A DNA stretch of 63,630 nucleotides, counting the filler, from Dugesia japonica (lineage: Eukaryota): the NCBI GenBank assembly GCA_001938525.1. It is 6 parts of 6 records of this genome, joined end to end, with 100 filler letters (N's around TTAATTAATTAA, not from the genome) between each part and the next. Parts side by side here need not be neighbours in the genome. Positions count along the whole stretch, not along the records: positions 31,952 to 44,313 come from MQRL01344730.1; positions 44,414 to 54,879 come from MQRL01579621.1; 4 more parts are not named here. One strand, written 5' to 3'. Shown here piece after piece: positions 39,520 to 52,599 of this stretch (position 1 is the first letter of the stretch; every line of letters begins with the position of its first letter). The notes under the pieces were generated by a model. It searched no databases, was not told where the DNA came from, and worked only from the letters and a program-made list of their open reading frames with translations. Position numbers and translations under genes: made by a program.

Positions 39520-40700
39520 AGTTTAAAATTATAACGGTTATTTTAATCAATTCCATATTACTCGATGTTCCCATGGCTGTTCTGTGTGACATTTTGCAAC
39601 TGGAAATATAATATTTAAATAAAGTATTAATACAACAAATATTAGTTAAAGTATTTGGATATTTTTCCATTTTCCATTCATATTGTTGTCTTATTGCAAT
39701 TGCTAATTCCTTCAGTTTTATATTCATTTGAGTTTGATTTATTGATTCTGGACTAGAATAACTTAAATCATAATTGCATTCTTTGATTAATGATTCTTTT
39801 ACATTCTAATAAAACCCATTTGTAACCGTTCATAATTCGAGATTATGAAATTTAACTTAATTATATATTAGTAATATCATGTTTTCCAATGGATCTGGAG
39901 TAAATTTCAGTTTATGTATTAATTCTATTCTTCTAAGTATTATCCATGACTATCCATGAATTGGATTTGAATAAGAGCTTGTATTGTTTCTTCTTTTGTA
40001 ATGTTTCACAATTTGAAGGGATATGATCTCTATCATATATTAAAATACGATCTTAGTAGATTTTCGAATTGGAATATTTCTTGTATTCAAATTACTAGGT
40101 TTTGAGTTTGACTGCACATATAGATAAAACTACTGTAAAACCTATAGATAGCTATTAATTTGTAAATTTTTCTTGTTATGGGGCCGTTAGAACAATAAAT
40201 TCAAACCCATTAACATCAAATGAGTTTAAGGATTAAGACTACGTGAATTTGTCCTTATAAATTTGCAACTAGTTTAGATGCTTCAGTGAAAACTCAGATA
40301 ATGCCACCTATTTTGGATGGAGTTACTTAGGAAAATTATTTGAAAGCTCTTGACATGTGGAATTTTGCAGTTTTAAGAATACTTTAGACTATATGATGGT
40401 ATATTTGAAACTTGATGTTATTTTTTTAGCTAACTTCTTTCAGCAATTTTGAGCTAATTCTTTAGAACATAATAGGTTAGAACCACTTAATTTCTTTGGT
40501 ATTCCTGGAATAAGGTGGGCTTCTGTCTTGATTTCTTTAAATGTATCCATCAAGCTTTTGACTGACAATGATATGTACACTTTCTTTGAAGGTGAAATTA
40601 GATGAGGTCTTATTTTTATAAATAAGTATTATGTGGCTATAGATGTTAATACTGAGCTTATATATATATATTAATAATTTATATGGTTAAGCTTTAAGCC
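39520..40700 (-). mobile_element. Heavily decayed gypsy-like pol (RT thumb/RNase H/integrase)
   Basis: Scattered motifs (FTEASKL, GYKWVLL, HRTAMGTS) among many stops. Confidence 0.4.
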
Positions 40701-40849
40701 AAAGGATTTCTTGATAGAACTTTGAATGAATTCATTCTGATTTGGAAAAACTTCTTGTTGATTGTATGACTTAAGACTTAGATTCGTTGTCTTATGGTTA
40801 AAGTTTTGAAGTTGATCTGTTGATTTCTAACGATATGCATAAGTATTTA

Positions 40850-41132
40850 AGTGGTTTTCCAGTTGGTGCTGAACAACCATTAGTACCAAGTACAACATTT
40901 AAAAAAATACTACTTACAAATCACCCAAAGAAAGCTATGCAATACACTGGAGACTACTTGAATTGTATTTACAAATTGGAGTTTAAGTGACTTAAATTCA
41001 TAGGGCTGTAAAATTTGACAAAGACTTTATCTTTAAGACTTATGTAGATGAAAACACTGAATTAAGATCTGAAAACAAAAATTAGTTAGATAAAATGTAT
41101 CATAAACTACTCAAAAATAGTCTTTACTGTAA
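40850..41132 (+). pseudogene. Polinton pPolB fragment (motif B region)
   Basis: YAIHWRLLELYLQIG...IHRAVKF...YVDENTELR...HKLLKNSLYCK. Confidence 0.8.
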
Positions 41133-41819
41133 GCGCTTTATTTCATTAGGATTAGTTTTACACCATTTATCTAGGCAATTCGGTTGTTTGTCTGAATTCA
41201 TTTGTGCGGCATATATATATTCGTTAAAACTGCAATAAATTCAAATACTTCTTTGGTAGCAAATAGAAAATAAAGACTATGCGATTCGATAAAACTGAAA
41301 ACCTCAGGATTGCAGGCACTGCTAATTCCAGAACTGTTTGAAGAACTTGCTTCACTATCTCATAATATTCGGCGTCGTTTAGAGTAAGCTTGTGAAAATA
41401 AATCGTCAGACAAATTTATAGAGACATGATCTTTACTTGTCGCCAAATTAGTTTTAAGGCTCACTAAGAAATTAAATACAGGATGCAAAAATTAATATAT
41501 CAGTTTAAAGCATAATAGTTATTACTACCTAAATTTAAAATAACTCGCCTCGACAAACAAAACCATTTGCCACTACAAAATATCTCGCCAAAAATTACTT
41601 CGCTATATATATATATATACAGTTAAGGACAAAGTAATAACAACTATTTGAAAACTAATTAATAGAATGTACTAAATAGATATAAATATTAATATAATGA
41701 TAGTAATGTAGGTAAAATAGATATTGACAACCTTAATCTTTAAAAATTCATAATTGGTTCTAAAGTGCATTTTTTGAAGCCACTTAAATTTTGCATCGAA
41801 TTTTTGTAATGAGTAACTA

Positions 41820-42702
41820 AAACCAATAAGGACGAATCCAAAAGCCCCAGCGGTTTTCGAGACGTAGAGAAGTTCATAAAAGCAGCTCAAAATGTGAAAA
41901 GAAAGACAAAAAAGTGGTTATCTGGAAAGTTAGCGTACAGTCTGAACAAGCCGATGTTGAAAGGATTTTCAACAAGAGCATATAAAACATGGTATTGATA
42001 ATTTATGGCAAATTGATCTAATGGCGATGATTCTATATTCATAAATTAATAAAGGATAAAGTATATTTTTAGATTTACAAGAGCAGTTACTGTTGAATCA
42101 AAATCTGCTAATGATATGGAACCAGCAATCAAGTCAATGTTTAAAAATGAACATTTAGATAATTTACAAACGGATTTGTGTAAGGAATTTTACAATTACA
42201 AGGTGAAACAACTTATGAATCAATGGTTAAATACATAAACCATTGTAGTGTATGCTCTCAGTATAAAGCTGCACATATGGATAGATTTAATCGTACATTG
42301 AGAGATGCAGTGAAAAGGCATTTTGTACATGTTGTTAATAAGGCCTGGATAAATGTTTTAGCGAAACCTATTTATAAATATAATCATTCTGGTCATAAGA
42401 GATTAAATGGAGCAAGACCGGTTGATGTAAGTACAAACAATCAATTAAAATAATGTTCATCGCAAAAACATTCAAAAACAAATAAAAATCCAAAGTATAA
42501 AGTTGGCTATTATATGAAAATCTCGAAAATATCAGCTTCACCATGTATCAAGAATTTCAATAGTAATTGTAGTGATGAAGTGTTTCAAATAACAAAAATC
42601 AACATGAAACAAAATTCGGTCATGTATGTCATTAAAGATTATGAAGATAATATCGTGCGAGCAAATTTCTATGAGCAAGAATTTTAAGTTATTCCACCAC
42701 CA
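41820..42702 (+). pseudogene. Polinton c-integrase (first lineage), decayed paralogue of 52600-53606
   Basis: KKWLSGKLAYSLNKP; DNLWQIDL; NLQTD..KEFYN; KAAHMDRFNRTLR; clear nucleotide similarity to 52600-53480. Confidence 0.9.
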
Positions 42703-43369
42703 GATTTTACCTTTGTATATCAAACATTTCCTATATATAGAAAATTCTAAAATTCAATACATTTGCTGTTCTTCTCAATAAGGACACAGTTTGCTTAGAT
42801 CGTCCGAGCTACATAGGACAAACTGTACTTGACCTCTCAAAATTGAGAATGTACAAACTTCAGTACATTGAGTTGGACAAGTATATGAAGTAATTTAAAT
42901 GTAAAATTAATATTGTAGCCGGTGATAAGGATTTTTTTTTCTAGAAAGAGAAAGTACTAAATTAGAAAATTAACAGCAAGTATGTGGAGAGATCAGCTAC
43001 TTGGTACTTCAAATTATGATAAAGATCATACTGTTTATAGTAATACGAAAATTTAAAGATGAGAATAAAGGGAACAAGTATTAAGAATGGGTAATTTTGA
43101 GGCTGAAATGCTAACGCCTGCTCGGAGAAAAGAACAGCATGAGACCCAAAGGTATATCATTGAAGAACACAGAAATTTCTCATCAGTCTTACTTTGACTG
43201 TTTTAATGAGAACAAATCGGTCTCGGTGGAACAATTTAGAATAACCAACAAAAATCATCAATTGTATAGCATTAAGTTAAACAAAAGAACACTGACTAAT
43301 ATAGATAATAAGCGCGCATGGGTAGGTATAAATACTAGTGTCCCATATGGTCATAATATTATTAAGTAG
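42703..43369 (+). pseudogene. About 55-bp minor-capsid fragment fused to pPolB C-terminus (internal deletion derivative)
   Basis: 42703-42759 matches 53732-53788; then LDRPSYIGQTVLDLSKLRMY, NIVAGD, TSNY, FKDENKG, PKGI, DNKR, PYGH. Confidence 0.85.
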
Positions 43370-44313
43370 TTTTTTCCATAAAACTGTTCATTCGATCATG
43401 TCTGGTTAACAGATGGTATTTATTTAATTGTTTTTTAAATGATATTTTAATTATTTTTATTTAGATTACAAAAGAAAACAATCTCAAAAAACATTTGAGA
43501 ACGTATAACCGGTCCTCTTTAGGACCAAATTGTACATTATTGTATTTATTTAAATAAACGTTGTTAGTATAATTTGTTTTTTATTATTTATTAAGTTTAT
43601 TTTATTGCAAACATGCATTATGTATGACGCAAGCATGTACAACAAAAATAATTTAAATGTTCATAAATAATGAATTTGGACCTAATTATAGACAAAATGC
43701 TTGAAAATATTCAAAGAAATTATTTTGTATCCAAATTAAAAATATTACGAAAAGTTCAAGAAGATAATTTAAAAGAAATTATTATTTAATTAAAAACTGT
43801 TTAAAATACAAAAAAGCCTTTGATTAAATAAAATTTATTAATACATTGGAAAAATAACACATAAAAGTACAACAATTAACAACAAAATAATGTCTTTTAC
43901 AACCAAAAAACAAGATGTTGGTGTGATTGTTTGACATTGCATGCTAGATCACAACTATAAATTAATAAGTTTACATAAATCAAAAATATATTACCGATAT
44001 TTTTCTTCCTATCCACAGGACATTATCTTTGCATACCAAATGCAATGGATAGAGCTTGCATTTTAAAATTTGTTCTGTTTATATTAATTATCTCTGGACT
44101 CTGATATTGTATGTCCATTTTCAATTTATTAGTAATGTTTACTTTTTTTTCCTGATAAATTTTCCTGATACATTTGACACTGTACATATACTTCACATCT
44201 TGGTCTAGATAACATATCTGCATAAGCATGTTGAATTCCTTTTCTATATTCCAAAACCGTGTCAAAACTGCTCAGATAATTAATCCATGTCTGCAATTGC
44301 GACGTAATTGGTT

Positions 44314-44413
44314 NNNNNNNNNNNNNNNNNNNNNNNNNNNNNNNNNNNNNNNNNNNNTTAATTAATTAANNNNNNNNNNNNNNNNNNNNNNNNNNNNNNN
44401 NNNNNNNNNNNNN
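44314..44413. other. Artificial 100-bp contig linker
   Basis: N44-TTAATTAATTAA-N44. Confidence 0.95.
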
Positions 44414-44574
44414 ATTATACTATATTTATATTTATGTTGCTAATTATTATTGCTATATTAATTTACTAAAATATATAAAACACAGGACTATCGAATGACA
44501 TGTAAATTTGCACAAAATTTAAATGAAAATATAAATTTCTATTTTAGTTCTCATTTAACTGGAATTGAAAGATA

Positions 44575-44851
44575 CATATAACGACANCCAGTTGTTACCA
44601 AACGTTTCAATGAAATTAAAGGTGCTAATAACAATCTGAAACGAAATACAAAATTTGGATTATAATTGTATTGAAATTTCTTGTTCAATATTGCACTCTC
44701 CAATGAATCGATAACTTCCTTGAAGTTCTCACTTGAATTATTAACCCAATTAGTAATATATTCTTCGCAAGTTTTAATAAAACTTTCTCCGTAAATATTT
44801 ATCTCCTCGATTTCAAAAAAGTCACCATCAAATGAAAGCATTATTTGAGTT
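44575..44851 (-). CDS. Possible host exon, product unknown
   Basis: Stop-free frame of about 90 aa preceded by a tttag acceptor-like site; no TE motif recognised. Confidence 0.25.
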
Positions 44852-45792
44852 CTAAATTTCAAATATAATATAAAATGTTTCTTTATTTATTGATTAAATT
44901 AATGTTAATTAGGTAGATAGTAGTTCACTACCGCAATCGTCCCGGCGGAAAGAAATAAGAGTTGCAGTAGAAATTTTTATGTTTTCGTGATGAAAAATAT
45001 TTCTTTGTTTTAATGGTTAGAGAATTTTAAAAATTGGATCAACAAATTTTTAAAATCGGGTCAAATTTTTTACCTATGCACACAAAATGTACAAGTGAGC
45101 ATTTCAGTGCTATTTTCATTTTACTGCGCAAAATGTGATAATCGATATTCACAAAAACAATTTAAGCGCTCAATAGCACTCTATCTTTATTGACTCTCAC
45201 CTTTCTGAATCAAAGCTGTTGTTTTTCCTAATTATGTTTTTATATTTTGGGTAAAGGACTTTTGAATTGTTATCAAATATCAATAAAAAAAACAAAATAT
45301 TTTGATCGAAGCTTTTATTTTAAAGGACTTTTGGTAAAAATTTGTGTTCTCAATATAAAGGGTAGTAGTGCATAAATGAATTATCGAGCATTTGCAAAAA
45401 GATTGTTTCAGTTCTTTTATTTGTCGTCCGATCGAGAGAAACTTAGTACTGATAAATGAGCAATAAAATGATATACATTACTATGATATTTTCAAAGTCA
45501 GTAAAATCAATACTCAAATCAATATTTTACAAAAATTGTTTGAAAAGTTTTAAAAAAATGGTTTATAGCAGAATCTTTTTATTATAGTCGTAACATCCGA
45601 TTTGATAACATCCGATAAAGAATAAAAACTATCTATATATTGCCTAAAGGATTATTATTGATTTATTTTGTTTTAATATCGAACTTTTGCAATTTCTAGT
45701 TTTTAAATATTTTCTTTTTTTAAATTTTTTTATTATTTATTGTTTTAAATAACTCATTTAAAATACATTTTATATGAAATTGTTTTAGTATT

Positions 45793-48700
45793 TGTAATTA
45801 TGTGCTAATGACGACAAGTAAAGTATCATTAGAATCCAAATTATAGGTCGGAGTTTTCTATTATATAAAATAAGTATTCAATATTACTGTGATATGTGTT
45901 TTAATAATGTTAATTAGTTAGTGTAGGTTTTAAATAAATTTTAGTTACCTAAATTTCTTTATTCAATAATAATAACATGGGGTCACGATCATTGCTGGAG
46001 GAACTTATCGACTGATTAAGTGAAAAATATGTTTTCGAAAAAATTTAGAATCAAAAAAAATATTTCTAATCATATTGCCAAATTCGAAAAATTTGTAGAA
46101 GAGCAAAAATTCGGGGATCCAACACACCACTCAGAGAAGTTATTGAAAAGTTTAGAAGAAGAAACATNTTTTGAACTCCAATTAATTTGAGAGTTCAAAT
46201 CTAATAAATCAGGTAATGAATGGCAGTAGACAATCTTAATTGAATTATATCAATACCTTTTATCAATATTTTTGAAATAGGTTAATAATCGTTTGGCAGC
46301 CAGAGCGACAAAATTTATGAAATTTTATGAAAAAGGAAGATAAAACTCGACATAATCATAAATTGTGAATTATTAACAATAATGCTAACACAGAAAAATG
46401 ACAAAAAATGGAAATCTTAAAACGGAGAATAATTGAGATCGAAAATTCTATAAAGTATTTGGAAAAAAACCATGAAAAAGATTCTTCAAAGTTTGCAGCT
46501 CAAAAATCTCAAACTATAAATAAAATATTATAATTGCAATAGGAAAGGTCATATTGCTCGAAATTGTAACAAACCATTGCTTTAAAGGAACTGTAACAAA
46601 TCCGGACATATATCTCGATTTTGTCAAGCAACAAAAAGATCTAATATTCAGAGAGAAGCTTTTCGAAGACTAAAAGAAACGAATGACAATTCGAATGTTG
46701 TAATTATGAAAAGGAATCTGAAAATAATAATAAATTTTTCAAAATTGTTTCAAAAGAAAGGAAAATTGAGAGACAAACGGAAACAAAAAGATATATCAAT
46801 TATCCAGACGATATGATTAAGTTTGATGAGTATATTCGAGGTTCAAGATACAAACTTCCAATGTACAAAGGACAAAGAACAATGATTTCAGCAAACAAAC
46901 CAATAATCAAAGGCAAAGTAGAACAATAAGAAGAGAAAATATTTATAGAATCTGGAAAAAATCCAGCATCATGGATTTAAAAATGTTTCAAATGATCCGA
47001 GAAAAAGAAAAATTCAAGCTGTTTCAATCGAACAAGACGCCAACATATGCAAATGGCTCACCGATTAAGGTAATTAGATATTCTTTTATAAATGTAACTA
47101 TAGGAAATTAATCTAATAGAATTAGGATGACTATTGTAGATAAATTGTTCCCAAAAGTCATAATAGGAACAAGATGAAACAGATGAACATTTCGATTTTA
47201 CCAAAATTAGACTGTGTAACTGTAGATGAAATAAAAGTACCTTTCATATCCAAAATAAAATAGTTAACGGAAAACTAAAGAGGACTGTGTCGGATGGTCC
47301 AGATAATAATGTGAAAAGTGTGAGGGGGTTCAAATATTTACAGTAAAAGTTATATTAGACAATAAAGTTACAATTTTGAGAAAATAATAAGTAACTGTTT
47401 TAGAGACTGCAGATAGCAATATTTTTTGTTTGAAAGAAGTTTTATTTAGTCCTTATAAAGTGAAGTTAGCGAATTTAGGAGTTGTACCTGCGAATAGTGT
47501 GTCTTATGTTAGAGAAACTGGTAAAATCCCAGTACGAATAATTAATTTCAAAAATAAAGATATCACATTGTTTAGAAATACGAGATTGCGTTGAGATTGT
47601 AAATGATAAAGAAGATAATATTGGAAATGTTAATAGAATACATCAAGATACCGGGGTGAAGCATATCCAATTTATAACGGATAAGATTGAACAGATATTC
47701 AACTGATATCGATACAAATGCGAAAAAGACTGCAGTAAAGATAATAACAGAATTTAAAGATATATTTAGTAAAGATAATTATGATATCGGATATTGTCCA
47801 ATTTCAAAACATAAAATAGATGTCATTGATCTTAAACCTATTGTTCAACCATTATTAAGAGCTCCCCTTCATCTTTAAATTAAAAGTAAATTAAAAAGTA
47901 AAATGGTTATTACAATATAGAAATAAGTGACGACGACAAAGGAAAAACAGCTTTTGCTATACGAAATGGTCAGTATGAATTTAATTGCATGCCGTTTGGA
48001 CTGTGTGGAGCATCAGCAACTTTTCAAAGACTAATGCTTTTAGTTTTCAGAGAAGAAAACTTTGATAAATGCTTAAAATAATTCGATGATATTTTGATTT
48101 TCGGGAAAAACATAGAAGAACACAATGAAAAACTGAAAATCTTGTTAGAAAAGATACACCCGTCCAGAGTTAAGTTATCCCCCAAGAAATGCGTTTTTTT
48201 GAATTCTTCAGTACATTATTTAGGTCACATAATATCAAGCGAAGGAGTGCAAACTGATCCAGAAAATATTAGTGCAATAAATAATTAGAGTATTCCTAAT
48301 ACAAATGAAGAATTACCAAGTTTTCTAGGGTTTTGCAATTATTACAGAAAATGTATTTGGGGATATGCCAAAATTGTTAAAACTCTAGAAGATTTGTAAA
48401 GAGATGCAAAAATCACGAAAAACGGAAAAAGATAGATTTAACATTGGAAGAATTTCATAAGGAAACTTTCGTATGTCTAAAACATACTCTCACAAGCGCA
48501 CCAGCTTTATATTTTCCCAATAGGAATGATTTTTCCTATTGGATACAGATGCTAGTCACTTTGTAATGGGAGCAGTTTTAAGTCAAATTCAAAATAATGA
48601 AGAAAAAGTATTATGGATCTATGAAGTTTTCGAAAGCAGAAAAAAATGTATTGCATTACCAAGAAAGAACTCATGGCGGTTTATTACTTTGTGAAGAAAT

Positions 48701-49664
48701 AAAAGCATTATTTATTGGGCAAGAAATTTATTATTCGCACAGACCATAACAGTTTAACATGGATATTGAATTGGAAAAGACCAAATACATTACAGTACTA
48801 CTCCTGGATTGATGAACAAAGTATGTATGATTTTGAAGTTCAGCATCAAAACAACAATTGCATACAAATGCAGATGCATTTTATAGAGAATTCCAATGCC
48901 AACAATGTGAAATAAAACATATCAACCCAAAAAACTAGACGAAATGTCAAAGTGTTAAAGTCCAACAAGATCGATTCAGATGATGAAGATTATTGACAAA
49001 TCAATGAATTAAAAGATACCCATAAAGAGTATAAGGAAAAAAAAATAAATAAAATTTTAAAATATTTGCCATCCAAACGCTAAACAAACTTTGACTAATA
49101 TCAAGAGATATGATGAATGGATAAACATGGAAAAAGATACGGAGAAATGCGTGGCAAATTGTGCCCTGTGCTGAGAGAAAGCAGGGAAATAAAATAGGTT
49201 ACAATATCTAAAACTTTTTTACAGCGACAGAAGCCTTTGAAATGATATATTGCAATATAACGGGACCGCTACCAAATTTCGAGTGATATTCATATATTTT
49301 AGGAATCATCGATTTATTTCTAGATATATAGCGTTAATACCATTAAAGGATATTTCTGCAAAGACAATTATGAAAATGATATTTGAAAGATAGATAGCGT
49401 ACATTGAGATTCCAAGTATAATTCATTCTGATAACGGAACACAATTTAAATTGGAAGTAATGAAAGAATTGTGTAATAAATTACAAATAAAGTAATCACT
49501 TTCAACACCATACTATCATCAGGGTAATGGGTTTATAGAACAGGTATTTAGAAAAGCCGAAGACAAATGTTATGCATCTATGTATTTTAATAATATTAAT
49601 AATTTAGTGTAGATTTTAAATAAATTTTAGTTACACAAGTTTCTTTATAACAATAACAATTACA
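45793..49664 (+). mobile_element. Ty3/gypsy family D, near full-length with both LTR ends, decayed
   Basis: LTR 3' ends 45900-45977 and 49588-49664 align; TGG PBS at 45978; CNRKGHIARNC knuckles; MPFGLCGA; FDDI; LDTDAS; YCITKKEL; IHSDNG. Confidence 0.9.
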
Positions 49665-49936
49665 ATCAATAATTATCGAAAACCATGCTCAACAACTATT
49701 AATATTTTGATGCTAGTAGATAGATAATTTAAAACTTTCGATACAATGTCTATAAAACTAGTATAGATTTATTATTTTAATGAAGTAATAAAAGTGATCA
49801 AAAATAGTTTGTATTCGCTTGACATTGCATTTGTTACCTATATATCAGAAAATAAATTATAACTATATTATTAACTATAAACAAATGTATAAAAAATATT
49901 AATTAAATTGATACGTTTAAGCAAGCCACAATTATA

Positions 49937-50285
49937 ATGGAATTAAGAAATGATACTGTATATCAAATTATTGGACCTATTGGTAGTGGAAAAACTATGT
50001 TTGTGTCTAAATTATTGAAAATAAGTTTATTTAAATCAGAATTTAAATAAATCTATTGGCATAGTGGATCAAAAAAGGAGCATAGATCTACTTAATCGGA
50101 AAATTTTAATATTCATATCACAATTATTAATGAATTCCATAAAAATTAGAGCAAGAGTCAAAAATCAAGCCACTTGATTGTTTTTGATGATCTGCACCAG
50201 GAAGGTAATAAGAAAAAGTACTTTAACTGTTTATTCACAAAGGAATCAAGACATTGTTATGTGATTGTGATATTCATTACAAAAA
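49937..50285 (+). pseudogene. Polinton packaging ATPase, truncated second copy
   Basis: MELRNDTVYQIIGPIGSGKT; IVFDDL; LFTKESRH. Confidence 0.9.
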
Positions 50286-50733
50286 TTGAAAACGTCAACG
50301 ATAATTAAAACAAAATTTTAAATTCCCAGCAAATTCCTACACTAATTAAAACATAACAATAAAAAAGATAAAACTGCTCCGATCTAAAATCAGTAATCTA
50401 AAAATCCACGATAACGCATAACTAGTTAGACACCACTTATTACTTATTTTCAAAAGGGGGATAGAAAAACATTTTAACTGACCATTCAAATTAGTAGTGC
50501 CATGCTTCCATATCTACCGAATAAAGAGCTTTCCGGAAAATAAGCGAAAGATCCAGGAAAAGAAATACAAGAAGAATATGAGATGTTAAAATAATTTATT
50601 TTTAAAATTATTATTATTTTTTTTTAATTTTGTTTTTAAATTTTGTTTTTAAAATTTTTTTTAAAACAAAATAAAGAAAAACAAAATCGACTGATTTAAT
50701 TTATTTATTTTATAACATTTAACTAATAAATAA

Positions 50734-51160
50734 CTAATAATAAAACTTTACCTCTTTCAGATATTTCTTCTCCACATATATTTGATAGTGTAGTGTCTTT
50801 ATACCGAGTATTACAATTTTTCCCGATGAAAATACGTTAACACATACAGGATCACACAATGTTAGATGTTGGATCAAACCAACATTTTGTCCCTTTTGCT
50901 AATTTATACAAATTAATAATTTGTCCCAGATTGATTACAATTGTTAATAATTGCAAACAAATATCCTTAATATCATACTGTAATGTTTCCATTTCCAACG
51001 GTTTTTTACATCCCATTATTCAAAAGTTTCCTGATTTAAAGAATATTAACGTATATTTCCCACTTTTGTCAACAAATTGAGAACGTTTACCGATAGGAAA
51101 CTTCATTTTGCTTGTTACATCTTGCGACACTCTACCTATGTAATTAATATTAACCAACAT
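50734..51160 (-). pseudogene. TATA-binding protein (TBP)-like gene in the Polinton cassette (one nonsense codon, one frameshift)
   Basis: MLVNINYIG...YTLIFFKSGNF*IMGCK...ICLQLLTIVINLGQIINLYKLA...CWFDP / PVCVNVFSSGKIVILGIK; two direct repeats matching TBP TALIFSSGKMVCTGAK and VLLIFVSGKVVLTGAK. Confidence 0.8.
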
Positions 51161-51276
51161 TATTAATGATAATTAATATATGAGAGTGTATTTATATATA
51201 TATTTTCCGAAATAAAATTAATCGATTCAAAGACAAATAGTATTATAAACAATGCATTAAATTTAAAATTTATAAA

Positions 51277-51878
51277 ATGGAATTGAGAAATGATGCTGTT
51301 TATCAAATTGTTGGTCCAAGTGGTAGTGGGGAAACCTTGTTTGTATGCAAGTTACTAAAATCAAATTTATTTAAATCAAAATTTAACTAAATATATTGGC
51401 ACACAGGTGCAGATGAAGAGCATGAGTTAACACAATCAGAATTTTGCAACATTAAAATTATTAATGGATTTGATAAAAAGTGGCGCAAGAGATTGAAACC
51501 GGGCGATGTTATTGTAGTAGATAATCTGCATCAGGAGGCAAACAAAGAAAAAGACTTTAATAATTTATTTACAAAAATATGACTGGTATTCATTACACAA
51601 AATTTATTCCATTAAGAAATAAGTTATAGGACACGTAATTAAAATGTACAATACTTAGTTATATTTAAAAATCCGAGAGATCAAACAGTTGTCGATTTTC
51701 TAGCAAGCCAGGCGTACCCTAATAATAGGCAATTTTTTATTGAATCATTTCAAGATGCAACAATAAATCCACATGGTTATATTTTTCTCGACTATACACA
51801 CAATGTCTAGATAAACTGAGGGTGAAAACTGATATTTTCAATCCTGAAGGTGTTAATGTGTATAAACAAACTAAGTAA
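51277..51878 (+). pseudogene. Polinton A32/FtsK-like DNA packaging ATPase
   Basis: GPSGSGET Walker A; IVVDNL Walker B; FITQNLF; NVQYLVIFKNPRD; QAYP; HGYIFLDY; LRVKTDIF. Confidence 0.95.
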
Positions 51879-51894
51879 ATATTATACTTTGAAA

Positions 51895-52098
51895 ATGACG
51901 AAATTTAAAAAATTTGTAGTTGATCAGATTAAAAGTATTTCAAAAATAAAATGTGGTAAACGAACAAAAAAGCGTATTGTAAAAAAGAAAAAAGGTGGAA
52001 AGAGGAATCAAAGTAAACAGTTAAACATTTTTAAGAAACTATCGAAAATGTATGGTAAGAAAATGAAGAAAATAAACGGAAAATGGATATCATTATAA
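51895..52098 (+). CDS. Very lysine/arginine-rich 67-aa protein, candidate DNA-condensing core protein
   Basis: MTKFKKF...KRTKKRIVKKKKGGKRN...; open frame; located between ATPase and other structural genes. Confidence 0.5.
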   Translation: MTKFKKFVVDQIKSISKIKCGKRTKKRIVKKKKGGKRNQSKQLNIFKKLSKMYGKKMKKINGKWISL

Positions 52099-52133
52099 AC
52101 AAATACGGGTAATTTTTATTATTAAAATATAAA

Positions 52134-52457
52134 ATGAAAATACAACGAAGTAATCCAATTTTTACATCATTAATTCAATCGCAAAAATCGGCGAGAATGC
52201 AAATTTTGAAATCATTTCCAACGTTTGTTTTAGATGATTTAATTGAAATTATTATAAATATTGTTCGCGGAAATGTAAATGTGAGCAATGCAAGAAAGTA
52301 AGTATTGAAAAAACATAAAAAAACACTATTAACTCTTGTAAATACAAAAAATAAGAAATTAATGAGGCGAGTAAAACGAGATAATCAAAGACGTGGCTTT
52401 ATAGCAGCATTACTACCAATTGCATTAGCAGCATTAGGATTAACTCATTTCAAATAA
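52134..52457 (+). pseudogene. Conserved Polinton/adintovirus virion protein ('GasderminX'-like) with C-terminal hydrophobic peptide
   Basis: EIIINIVRGNV...LKKHKKTL...NQRRGFIAALLPIALAALG; one internal stop. Confidence 0.7.
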
Positions 52458-52599
52458 ACAATTGTTGGTTTTATAGAAGTATTACTATTATAAAATCATT
52501 CTAAATAAACAATGGATGGTTTACAATCATTACCTAATTTTGATTTAAATTTTTCATCTAATTTTTGTAATGGGCAAGCTGAAGACGATATAGACGGAT

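Noticed and set aside
50859-51080. Plus-strand 73-aa ORF
   Set aside because: Antisense shadow of the TBP-like gene on the minus strand
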